64,000 nucleotides of DNA. Source: Takakia lepidozioides (taxonomy: Eukaryota > Plantae > Bryophyta). The stretch covers positions 11,656,001-11,720,000 of the forward strand of contig CM060734.1 in the NCBI GenBank assembly GCA_030704615.1. Direction: 5' to 3'. Below, one piece after another: positions 1 through 11,252 of this stretch. The notes under the pieces were generated by a model. It saw only the letters and a program-made list of their open reading frames with translations, was not told the DNA's origin and searched no databases. The position numbers and the translations under genes are program-made. Every line of letters begins with the position of its first letter. Position 1 is the stretch's first letter.

Positions 1-330
1 TATACCTCTGTTAGTATACCAAACAGAACCCTCATTTTCAGACTATACCTCTGTAAATGTATCATCAACATAAGGGACCCTAGCAACCTCAGACTATACC
101 TCTGTTAAGGTATCAACAGTGAAAGGACTTAGTGAAATTTAAGGGCCTTTGGAGGATTGTTTGGAAGATATTTGAGGGCCCTTGGAGGAGTATTTGGAGG
201 ATCTTTGGGGTCCTTGGAGGAGTGTTTGGAGGATCTTTGGGGTCCTTGGAGGACCCTTTGAGGAGCTTTGGTGGACAATGTTGAAGAGCTCTTGAAGGAT
301 TGATTGAGGGATATTGAAGGATACTTGCCA
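1..330. repeat. Short tandem repeats: TATACCTCTGT x3 and TTTGGAGGATCTTTGGGGTCCTTGGAGG-like units
   Basis: Directly visible at 1-110 and 150-270. Confidence 0.7.
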
Positions 331-1070
331 CGGCCATACAAGCGAGTGAATAAAGACAGGAGGGAGAGTGGTGGGATGAGAGCATTCTGGGGTTAGGAAT
401 TGCTTTAGTTTCTCTTCTCCATAGTCTTTCACCCTCCCTGTAGGCCGAAACCTTTCCGTAGGTGGAGGCAAGAGTCAGTCCGGGTTTGGGCTAGGTGTCC
501 TTGCAGGAGCGACACTGTGGAGTGTTTTTGGTGTGGGGGAGTTGCTGTCTTGATTTTCTTGTGTTTGGATCCCCTCCACACCTGCATGCTTGACTGTGCG
601 CCATGTTAGCTTTGTGTGGGCGCTTGTTTTCATAGGAGGTTGGTCCGGATTGATCACCGGCCAATCCTAGAGTATGTTGTCGGTGGTGAGGTTGGAGTGA
701 TGATCAGCAAGACCACCAGTGTTTCTTCTATGGTGAGGCTAGGTTGATGACCAGCAGACCATAGGAATGTTTGCGGTGGATGCAGGTGCAGGTACAGGTC
801 TACGTTAGAAACCTATTATTCCTGCTTGAACCAGTAGCCGCAACAGGTTCTCTACCCGGTTACCTTGTAGAAAGTGGGGATTAGAGACAGGTTGACAACC
901 GGTTGGGTTGTGAGTTTTCATCACGGAGGTGCCACCAGTTGCTGAGAGGAGTGCCGGTACGAGCACCAGCGATACTAGTGGGTACACAAGACAAGGTGTG
1001 CCACTTTCACCTTTAGTGTCTTCTGAGGAAGGTTCAGACTCGGAGTCATGAGGATTCTCAAGTCATTTCC

Positions 1071-3231
1071 GTGCCATTGTTGTGGGACACGATGGAGAAG
1101 ATGTATGGAGCTACCAAGGGGCCACGTAGGTACTTTGGAGCTGTGGGCACCATCGAGCTTGATGACTTTATACAAGAGTTTGACAATTGGTGTGATTTGC
1201 AGCAAATGCGCAATCCACAACTGTTTACGCCCTTTATGGCGTGGAAGGGGCTATTCCAGCACCTTGAGGGGCCGCCCATGGATGATTACCATGAATTTAG
1301 GCGGGGACATGCGGTGGAGATTGAGGAGTGGCGAGAGTATTGGTCACCTAACTATGTCTCAATCACTAGAGGCACAAGGGCAGCGGTGACACCAGCAGCT
1401 ACACAAACATCTCCAACTACAAGCACTAGTAGTGGAACATCACGACTACAACACATGTGCCTAGATTCAACCCGGTGGTGGAGTTCTTCTAGGAGTTGTG
1501 GAGGAACTACCAAGGTATACGGACAGAGAAGCTGCGAAGTTTGCAAGACTTTCAGCGCAAATCCAGTGAGAACTTGCGAGAGGCCTACACTCGTATGAGG
1601 CGCTTGATAGTGTGACCCAAGGGGTTACTGAAGCTCAGGCAGTCCAGTTCTGGTATGGAATTTTGGACAAGGAGCTCAGAAGAAGGGTGCGGGATGCAAC
1701 CCTGTTACAAGCGGCCCAACCCACATTAGCAGATGTATTTCTGCTGGCTGAGCAGATTGAACTCAACATGGTAGAGGAGCGAGTTGTTACCATTGGATTT
1801 GGCAAGGACATGCCTGCACGAGGCGCAGCTGCCAGCCAACAGGTACAAGGGACTGTCCAACAGCGTGGTCAGGGGGGCAAGGTTGCCCAACCCAAATTCC
1901 ATGGAGCTTACAGGGGACTTCAGGTGCAGAGACCAGTAGCTTCTTTTGCAGGCCAACAGCAACCAAGGGTGGTATGTTGGACATGTGGAGGACCCGATGT
2001 CAAGAAAGATTGCCCAGAAAGTGGCAAAGGGCCGGCACAAGCACAGCCTGCACAGTTGGAGTGTGGGCATTGTGGCAAGTATGGGCATGGAGATGCCCAG
2101 TGTTATGACTTGCACCCTGAGTTGCGGCGAGACCAGTTCCAAGCGAACAATGGTGGCCAAAGGCGAGGTGGAGCACCTCAGAGAGGACAAGGTGCTCAGG
2201 CACGAGGTGTAGGACAAGGGCAAGCACAATATGGCCAAGGACGTGGAGGTCAGGGTGTTGACCAAGGTATGGCCAACCGGCTTCAGCAGCTAGAGCAAAA
2301 GTTCGCTGCCATGGCCACATCTCAGGTGGTACCAGCTCCAAGACCTGAGGGTCCATCTCTTGTTCCTCCTCAGCAGCATCATCCTGACGGAGGAGACATG
2401 GGAGGCATGGGATTTATGTGTGGGGCAGCACTACCACTAGTGCAGGTGGAGTCTGCTGCAGCCGTCACTCGAGGAGCAGCACGAGTTCCTGAGCCACGAG
2501 GTGCAGAGGTGGAGTTGGATTCACAACGTGGGGAGGCAAGCCGTCAGGCTAGGTTGCCTCAATCATTCATCTTGGCGGAGACAGTGTCGACGACATCCAT
2601 GGCACCTAATTCTCGTCCCACGGATACCGAGGCGGAGGTTATTGTGCCATTGGGAAGAGCTACACGTGCAGCACTGACACCTGCTGCCAAGGCTAATGCA
2701 GCCAGTGTGTTGTTGGGGGCGGCCACCTCTGTGTGTCAGGCCCCACTGTTCTTGGCAACCATGATTGCGACGTCGGGGGTAAGACCAGCTGCAGTGTTCA
2801 GACTTGCAGCAACACTCTATGAGAGTGGGGAGGTCACTTCATCTTCTGCGGAGTTAGTGAAAGGTGTAGTGGCAGAGGGATCCTCGGATTTGAGGGTCAA
2901 GACTGCCATGGCTGCGCCATGGCAAGCTGCAGCTGCCAGGTTCACGGAGCTGCCAGGTAGGCCAGCCTTTGAGCGCGCCATGGTGACACCTAGAGTTGTC
3001 TTGTTAGACAACCAGAGAGGCATTTTCACTTTGAGTGGACCGGCAGGCAAGAAGTACCGGCCACTGCGGGTCTTGTTGGACTCAGGAGCTCAGCCACTGA
3101 TATTGGGCAGAGCTACTATTGCATGTTTGGGCCTCGTGGAGGCGGATATGGAGCCTTGTCCTTTCCAGATACAGACATCTCTTGGAGGATCAGAGCAGGC
3201 TCGGGGCATGACACGGGTGCAACAAGCCTAG
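1071..3231 (+). pseudogene. gag: gag plus aspartic protease of retrotransposon copy 1 (frameshifted)
   Basis: ORFs 1071..1598 and 1612..3231. CCHC-type knuckles at about 1975-2105, a Gly/Gln/Arg-rich tract, and the protease active site RVLLDSGAQPLI near 3070. Confidence 0.85.
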
Positions 3232-3339
3232 ATAAAGACCTTTGTACCGTCAGGAGAGGAGGAGAGTGCGGTGATTGCACCAGGACCATCTCAGTTGTCA
3301 CCATTGGACACCACACCTCTTGTGTGGCAGTGCCCGGAT

Positions 3340-4290
3340 GATGGCATATGCCTTCTGGACTTGTTTGGCGGGATTAATACTGGATTGGCTGCAGTGCTGC
3401 AGGCAGGTGTACGAGTTCGACATTACCTATATGTGGAGAGGGATGAGACTGCACGACGCGTCTCACTGCGCCATGTTGCTCAGTTGGTGCAGCAGTACCC
3501 TGATTTGTTGCCAGTGTCTGCAGTTTGTGGATACCAACAAGCCTTGCCAGCAGACATCTCCTTGCTGGGGGCGCATGATTTGGATCGGGTTGGCCCTATT
3601 CACTTTAGTAGTGGCAGGTTGGCCCTGCCAAGGGCTTTCATCAGCTGGGTATGACAATGAGTTACAAGACTCAAGGTCACGCCTGTTTTGGGAGATGTTG
3701 AGGGTCCTGCGCTATTTACAACTTCAGCAGACAGACTCTTCGGCATATATCTTGGAGAATGTGCCATTGATGGGTGATTCTCGGGCCAAGGTGATGGCCA
3801 GTGTACATCAAGTGTGGTCTTGGCTTGGGTCAGCAATGTTGTTGGATACAGCTGTAGTGGGGTCACGGACTCATCGCCCACGACTATGGTGGACCAACTT
3901 GATGCCACCTACATTGCTCAAGCGTGCATTTGATGGGGTGCAGCGGCCACCAAACCTGACGGTGGATAGCATTTTGGACATAGGGAGGCAGTCTCAGTGT
4001 GTGAGACACGATGACCAATCACCTTTGACAGTGGTCAATAAGGTGGGTCACCCACGAGCAGCATTGCCTACACTGCTCAGCTTTCCAAGATTCTCATGCT
4101 TTCCGGATGGTGGACCCTGGCCTCTTGTGGATACCCAGTTGCAGCAGTTAGTGGAGCCCAATGCTGACGAGCGCGAGCGGACAATGGGTTTCACCACTGG
4201 TACCACGGCGGTGCCATCTCTTTCTGAGGCATCACGTCGTCAGGTTGTTGGGCAAGCAATGGATCTCAATTGCTTGACCTGGATTATCAG
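3340..4290 (+). pseudogene. C5-cytosine DNA methyltransferase domain (DNMT3-like, non-permuted) inside retrotransposon pol; one frameshift near 3600
   Basis: ORF 3271..3654 carries motif I LLDLFGGINTG, II YLYVERD and III PADI. ORF 3275..4474 carries IV VAGWPCQGLSSAG (catalytic PC intact, 3620-3631), V SRLFWEMLRVL, VI YILENV, VIII HRPRLWWTN, IX ERERTMGF and X RRQVVGQAMD. Confidence 0.9.
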
Positions 4291-4739
4291 CTTGGCTATG
4301 GTTAAGCAGCGCAGAGTACGGAGTACACTTCCCTTGATGGTCTCCCTGCCTACCGAGACGGTACAGGCAGCGAGTGGGGGCGAACATGTGAGGACCACAA
4401 GGTGCAGGCCGTATCCATTGCACACGTGGGAGGTGCTCGAGTTCAAAAGGAGTTGGCAGCCAAGGCGGCCGTGATGAATGAGGTTGGGGATTTTCTCGGG
4501 TTGAGGAGGTCCTCAAAGATGGGATGATGGGGCAGGATGAGACATTGTCACTGACAGAGGAGGGAGTGGTCACTGCTCAAGAGGTTGCAGCATAGCAACC
4601 ACGGGACGCGTCTTCTACCTCTAAGCCTGTTAGACTCAAGGTTGCAGTCATGGAGGACAACTGGGAGCCTGATGTTGGACCTATAGTCACCAGAGGAGAA
4701 AGACGACGTATACGGCGGTTCTTGAGGCTTACAGGAACT

Positions 4740-5733
4740 GCTTTGCCTTCAGTTTGAAGGACTTAGGAGCACTGAAGGGTCAAGAGATTCGCATTGAATT
4801 GGCTACTGACACGCCAATCTTTCGGAGACCCTATAGATACAGTGACATGGAGAGGTCCTTGATTCAGATGAGAACTCAAGACCTTTGGGAGGCTGGTTTG
4901 GTGGAGCTATCTAGCGGGGTATGCTTCAGCCATAGTGATGCCAGCCAAGAAAGATGTCTATGGCAATTGGACGGAGAGACGTATGTGCGGTGATTACCGG
5001 CCTGTAAATCGTCAGACCAAGTCCGATAGGTATGCCATGCCGACACCAGATGAGATCTTGATGCCATGGGCATGCCAAGGTCTTCAGCACTTTGGATTTA
5101 TGATCCGGATATCACCAGTTGCCGATCAAGGAGGCGGATAAGCAGAAGACGGCATTCTGGGGGATCAATGAGCACGGGAATGATTGCCTATACCAGTGGC
5201 GGTTCTTACCATTTGAGCTTAAGAACGCTCCGGCAGAGTTTCTGAGAGTCATGGACAGGATTCTAGCAGGGGTGGAGTTTGCTTGGTGCTACATAGATGA
5301 CATCATCATCTTTAGTGCTACGATGGAGGAGCATGAGAGACACCTTCAGGTGATATTTGAGCACTTGAGGGCGCACGGATTGAAGTTACATCTGGGGAAG
5401 TGCAAGTTTTTCCACATCCAAATTGAGTATCTGGGTCACATGATATATCCTGGAGGATTGGGGGTACAGTAGACTAAGGTAGAGTCCATTGCACAGATTC
5501 CACGCCCCACGGATGTGAGCCGAGTTCGAGCTTTCATGGGGTTAACAAACTATTATAGATGGTTTGTTAAGGGATTTAGTGCCATTGCAAAGGCTCTAAC
5601 CAAACTGACCAAGATGGACCAGGAGTGACAGTGGGAAGATGAGCAAGAACAAGCTTTTCAAGAGCTCAAGGCGAGGTTGACCTCGGGCCCCATCTTGAGA
5701 CGACCTATCAGGGGGCGTCCTTTTCAGCTGCAT
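4740..5733 (+). pseudogene. pol: Reverse transcriptase and start of RNase H of copy 1 (frameshifts and stops)
   Basis: IFRRPYRYS, RRMCGDYRPVN, YQWRFLPF-LKNAP, CYIDDIIIFS, KCKFF..IEYLGH. Nearly collinear with 29900-30880. Confidence 0.9.
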
Positions 5734-6459
5734 TGTCGCGGCCCTTTGCCTTGAGGGCAGGGGGTCGGGACACATGAGGGGCTGCCCCTGTGGTGGGGGC
5801 AGCGGCAGCGATAGGTATGGGGGGCTGAAGCACCCTTGAGTGCCCAAGGCACTCAGGAAGCGGAGGCGCTCACTAGGTGGAGCCCCGCACACGGGTTGCG
5901 GTGGGGGTGGCTCCACAAGGGGTGGTGGTAGCTTAGCGGGACTTAGTGGGGGTGGCATATGACTCACCATGGGGGCAGAGACCTCGTGGTGGGAGTCGTG
6001 GGGAGTCTTGGGACTCATCACGGTCCATAGGGGCCGTGGTGAGCGGGCCAAGACTCACCGCGACTCATCACCGGGAGTCGAGGGTTTTCGTGGTGGTTCG
6101 CCATAAAAATGGCATGGCTGGTTGTGAAACCCCGCGGACAGCTACAGAAGTATATATATAGGGAGTAGTAACCCCGAGAACGGTGCAAGCCCGTTGATGA
6201 CCAAAAACTAGTGAGTAAGCGAGCGAGCCGGAAAGCGACCAAAGAGTGGGGAGCTGTTCCGGACTGCCATCTACCAAAAGGAATTCTCCTAGTCCCAAAG
6301 AGCTGGAGGGTTTAGTGGGAAGCGAAGGGGGACCGTTATGTCCCGGTGAGCAGCCGAAGCTCCAAGTTGGCCCGGGCGGCCAGGTTGGGAGTCAGGCGCG
6401 CGCATCAAAGCGAGTAACTATGACTTGAAGGGGAGCTTACCGAAGTGAGGTGCGCGACA
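5734..6459 (+). repeat. 5' LTR of the nested chromovirus
   Basis: TG...CA ends with the inverted termini TGTCGCG/CGCGACA, a TATATATA box at about 6151, an adjacent PBS, and high similarity to the solo LTR at 41231-41954. Confidence 0.95.
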
Positions 6460-6461
6460 CT

Positions 6462-6473
6462 TGGTATCAGAGC
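6462..6473 (+). promoter_or_regulatory. Primer binding site complementary to initiator tRNA-Met
   Basis: TGGTATCAGAGC, 2 nt after the LTR end. Confidence 0.9.
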
Positions 6474-6619
6474 TTAGAGAGTTCAGTACGCGATCGTCCT
6501 TGGGATTGGCCTCATAATAGGGTCGGGCAAGCCGAAGCGAAAGCGGAACGGCCCAAAAGATGATGATCCTGGTGAGCCCGATGGGGGCGACGTGTCACCA
6601 AGGCGGCCATTCGAGGAAG

Positions 6620-9600
6620 CGATGAATGTTTCCGAAAACGAGGCCGCTCAAGAGCGGGAGGAATCGAAGGAGTCGGAGCCCGAGGAATCCTTGAGAGCTC
6701 CGACAAACAAGAGATGCCTCCCATGTCGGCAGCCTTTTGGGAAGGGTTGTTGGCGCAGTTTGGCGGGACGTTGAAAGACGTGTTGAAGGCGGCTAATGCC
6801 ACTTCCACTAAGGCAAAGTTTAAGGTGAAGCCTAAGGAACCCGGCACCTTCGAGGGCGTTCAAAATCGGAAGGCACTCAACACCTGGCTCTTGGAGCTAG
6901 AGCAGTACTTCCGGGCGGCCAAGTTGAGTGAGTGACGAGGATCGGGTGGAAGTGGCTCCCACCTATTTGAGGGCTATGCTCAACAATGGTGGCAGAAACG
7001 CCTTCACGACCGAGGCCAAGCCCGGAAACCTTGAACTGGAGTGGGTTCAAGGAATTGATGAAGAGACAGTTTGTGCCCCTCAACGCGTCCTGGCTTGCCC
7101 GGGACAAGATGAGGAATTTGAAGCAAACAGATGACATTCGGGGGTATGTCCAGGCTTTCAATGTGTTGCTCGAAGTCGCGGACATGGCAGAACCAGAAAT
7201 GGTCTTCAACTTTGTGGCGGGACTGGCCCCATGGGCCAGGCGGAAGTTGGAGGAAAAGCCACCAAGACTTTGAAACGAGGCAATTGAGAGGGCTGAATGT
7301 TTCTCGGATGTCCCTAGGGGTGAGAGACAAGGCGTACGGAGCTGAACCACAAGAAGACCCGGCGGGAAGGTGACTCCTTCCGACCGGAAAAGAAGTGGGA
7401 TAGGCCACGCGGCGACAATGGCACGTGGAAATCGAAGGGAGGGCCTTCACACGTCAAGGCGGCACCCGGTGCTTCGAAAGGAAAAGCGGTGGAGTGGCTT
7501 ATGGCGGACAGAAGGGACCTTTGATGGAGTGTGTTTCAATTGCGGGGAGCCCGGGCACATGGCCAAGAAGTGCACAAAGCCCCGCAATTGAACATGACTC
7601 GGGCGACCACGGAGCTGTCGGAAGATAAGTCGTTTGGTGGAAGCGGTGGTCGCCAGGACTTGCAAGGTAGGCAAATTTTTTTTGTGAGTTGTATCAGGAA
7701 AACTGGCGCCTTACGAAAAGGGAGTCAGTTATTGTTCGTGGATGGGATAATATCCGGAACTAATGTGTCGTTGTTGGTGGACACAGGAGCGTCGCACTCC
7801 TTCATGACACCGGCAACGGCACAAAAGCTGGGACTCCCGACAAGTGACGTGGGGGCCTCTATTGAGGTGCGTTCTGCAAAGGAGAACCACAGTTGGCGAC
7901 AAGGTTGGCGTTTAATGTTCCTCTTCAACTGGGGAGTTGGGAGGGACGTGAGAACTTCACCATCTGCGAGATCGATGGAGTAGATCTCATTTTGGGGATG
8001 ACCTTTTTGAGCAAATCCGGAGCGGTCATAGATGGCCGCAAGAGAGTAGTCACGCTGCCATGTGGGAATGGTGGTGAGGTCTTACGAGTGTCGGAAACGC
8101 CCAAATCCGTGGGAGGGCGAATAAACCTTCTGTCAGCAAGGGAGTGGGCCGTGGAGGAGGCACACGACCCCAGTTTTTGCTTTACATTAGAGAAAGTGAA
8201 GAGAGAAGGCGATGGGGAGCCGAGCCCAGATTGGATCAAGGGGATTTTGGAGAATACCAGGATGTGATGCCGGAGGATTTACCAAGCGGCTTGCCACCGC
8301 GAAGAGGAGTTGACCACAAGATTGAGGTGATATCGGGATCGGAAACGCCTGCCAAGGCGCCCTACCGGTTGAGCCACAGAGAGTTGGTCGAGCTGAAGAC
8401 TCAGCTCAAGGATCTAATGTCAAAGGGGTACATCCGGCCGAGTAAGTCACTTACGGAGCCCCGGTGCTATTCGCAGACAAGAAGGATGGGACGCTGCGGA
8501 TGTGTGTCGATTACAGGGCTTTGAATAAGGTGACTATTAAAAACCGGTACCCTTTGCCAAGGATCGACGACCTTTTCGACCGGTTGGCAGGAGCGAAGTA
8601 TTTTAGCCGGATCGACTTGCGCTCCGGCTATCATCAAATTCGGGTGGCGGAAGGAGATGAGGAGAAGACCGCGTGCAGGGCAAGGTATGGTTCATATGAG
8701 TTCTTGGTGATGTCTTTTTGGCTCACCAATGCAGCGACATTTAGCACACTGATGAACAGCCTTTTTCAGGAGTGGTTGGATGACTTTGTGATCGTGTACA
8801 TCGACGACATCTTGGTGTACTCGAAAACAAAGGAGGAGCACCTCAAAAGGGTGTTTCAAAAATTGCGAGAAGGGAAGCTGTATGCCAAAGCTTCAAAGTG
8901 CGAATTCGGGGTCACGAAAGTGGAGTTCTTGGGGCATGTGATTACACAGGATGGGATCAAAATGGATGACAGAAAGGTGAGGGCGATCTTGGACTGGGAG
9001 CCTCCGACTTCGGTCCCGGGAGTGCGTTCCTTCCTAGGACTCGCCTCCTATTACCGGAAGTATGTGAGAAATTTCGCCAAGATCGCGGGGCCGCTGTCGG
9101 ACCTTCTGTGTAAATCTAAAGTCTGGGCATGGAACATATTTTGTGGCCAAGCTTTTGCTGAATTGAAGCAGCGGATGGCGGAAGCTCCAGTCTTGAAAAT
9201 CCCGGAGTTCGATCGTCCGTTCGAGATACATACACATGCGTCGGACTTCGCGATTGGGGGTGTACTGATGCAAGATGGACGTCCAGTGGCTTACGAAAGT
9301 AAGAAACTGAATGAAAGTGGAGCGACGGTGGCCGACGCACGAGAAAGAGATGAAGGCGGTGGTGCACTGTCTTGAGCTCTGACGCCACTATGTTGGTTCC
9401 AACCCAGTGAAGGTGTTCACGGACAATGTCACGGTGAAGTATTTTGCCACGCAGCCCAAGTTGTCCCCAAAACAACTTAGGTGGCAAGATACTTTGGCGG
9501 TGTTCGACGTGGATATCTAGTACAAACCGGGACGAGACAACGTGGTGGCCGATGCTTTAAGTAGAAAGCAGCAGCTCTTGTTGGTGTACAAGGGCGAGAC

Positions 9601-11040
9601 GGCGCTCCAAAGGAAGATCCGGAAGGCTTGCCGGAAGGATGAGCTGGCAAAGTCCGTGATGCAGGACTTGAGAATGGGGGTTAAATCGCAGTTCCACCTG
9701 CAAAATGGGTTGCTCCGGTATAAGCAAAATCGTCTCTACGTGCCGGGATCAGAGATAGCCTCTTGAGAGAATGCCATGATAGCCCGCTTGCGGGCCACGG
9801 CGTAGCAAGCGCACTGCGGCACTCTTGAAGAAAGAGTATTTCTGGCCCAAACTAAGGGAGGAGGCAGAGGAGTATGTCAAGACATGCACCACATGCCAAC
9901 AAAACCGGAGCGAGTACAAAAAGCAAGCGGGGCTGTTACAACCCTTGCCGATTCCAGATGGGACTTGGGAAAGCGTCTCGATGGATTTCATGACTGCTAT
10001 GCCGCTGTCAAAAGGATTCGATGCAATCATGGTGGTGGTGGATAGGTTCAGTAAAATGGGCCATTTCATTCCCACCAAGGAGACGGCAATGGCGCAGGAG
10101 ACAGGGCGACTTTACTTCGCCCACGTCTTAAAGCATCATGGAGTCCGAAGGATATTGTCTCGGACCGCGATCCAAAGTTTACGAGTAAATTCTGGAGAGC
10201 ACTTTGGAAGAAGATGGGGACGAGGCTGAAGATGAGCACCGCCTTCCGACCTACGACCGACGGCCAAACAGAAAGAGTGAATTCCGTAGTGAAGCAGATC
10301 TTGCGGAATTACGTGTCGGCAGACCAAACAGACTGGGTGGAACACTTAGACGCGGCAGAGTTCTATTATAATAACACAGAACACTCCGCAACGGGAGTTT
10401 CCCCTTTCGTATTGGTCTATGGAAAAGCACCTCTGGTGCCGACAAGTTGGGCCGCCCAGGACGTTGAGGAACCGGCAGTAGCGGCGGTACTGGAAGAACG
10501 CGAGCGTTTGTTGAAGCTCGCAAAGTACAACATTGCCAAAGCTAGGAAACGGTATGAAAGGCAGGCGAATTGGAAGCGGAGGGAAGTGAAATTTGAGGCA
10601 GGCACAGAGGTCTGTTGAACATCAAGAATTTCCGACTACCTCCGGAAGTAAGTCCGAAGTTCGTACCTCCGTATGCGGGACCCTTTCGCATTCGGAAGGT
10701 TATGAATGAGGATGTGTATGAATTGGAGCTGCCGGCAAACAGCAAGGTGCACCCAGTATTCCATGTCTCCCTATTGAAGCCTTACTTCAAAGATGAAGCA
10801 CGTCCAAATCGGCATCAGGTGTTGCGTCCGCCACCTATGCTGTTGGATCATGAAAATGAACCTGAGTACGAGGTGGAGGCAATATTTAAGTCGAGGAGGT
10901 TCAAGAACCGAGAAACGGAGTATCTCATCAAATGGAAGGGCTATCATCATGTGGAGGCATCTTGGGTGCGTGCCTCAGAAATGGGAAACGCATCCGAGGG
11001 GTTGCAGCTTTCGAAGGGCGACCTCAAAAGCGGAAGAAGC
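6620..11040 (+). pseudogene. gag-pol of the nested chromovirus, with a C-terminal type I chromodomain (about 10864-10990); many single-base indels
   Basis: ORF fragments 6714..6935, 6986..7273, 7370..7591, 7531..7983, 7893..8267, 8144..8524, 8464..9375, 9542..9766, 9825..10229, 10214..10618 and 10615..11100 tile one polyprotein. Chromodomain EYEVEAI...YLIKWKGY..EASW. Confidence 0.9.
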
Positions 11041-11252
11041 GTTGATGGGGACATCAACCTTGGATCGTGGGGGAGGAAATGCATGCTTAACCCGGCTTAG
11101 CTAGCTTAGGGATCCGATTACAAAAACTTGTATTGTACAAAAATTTGTTATAAAGGAAATGGGTTCCAAATGTTGTGCGTCCTATTTTGTTTGGAATGGT
11201 GATGCATGGTATGGTTGGCTAGTGTGTAGAATGCATGCTAGCTTATAAAAGT

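Larger units (their letters stand above)
5734..11252 (+). mobile_element. Nested chromovirus (Galadriel-like Ty3/Gypsy) inserted in the RNase H of copy 1; 3' LTR absent
   Basis: 5' LTR TGTCGC...GCGACA at 5734-6459 and PBS-Met. Then gag with CFNCGEPGHMAKKC, protease LVDTGASHSF, RT ([23 protein letters not shown]), RH, INT (SMDF, TDGQTERVN), GPF motif, chromodomain, and PPT GGGGGAGGAAA at about 11069-11079. Host pol resumes at about 11253. Confidence 0.9.

Noticed and set aside
1-1000. 5' LTR/PBS of copy 1
   Set aside because: No match to the A repeat or a tRNA PBS was seen; the 5' end probably lies outside the window or is lost.
3340-4290. Bacterial restriction-modification methylase or contamination
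   Set aside because: It is embedded collinearly between retroviral PR and RT, has no cognate nuclease, carries a DNMT3-type motif VIII, and is flanked by spliced plant genes.
5596-6298. Pro-rich ORFs at 5596..6051 and 41057..41903
   Set aside because: These are chance ORFs inside GC-rich LTR sequence.
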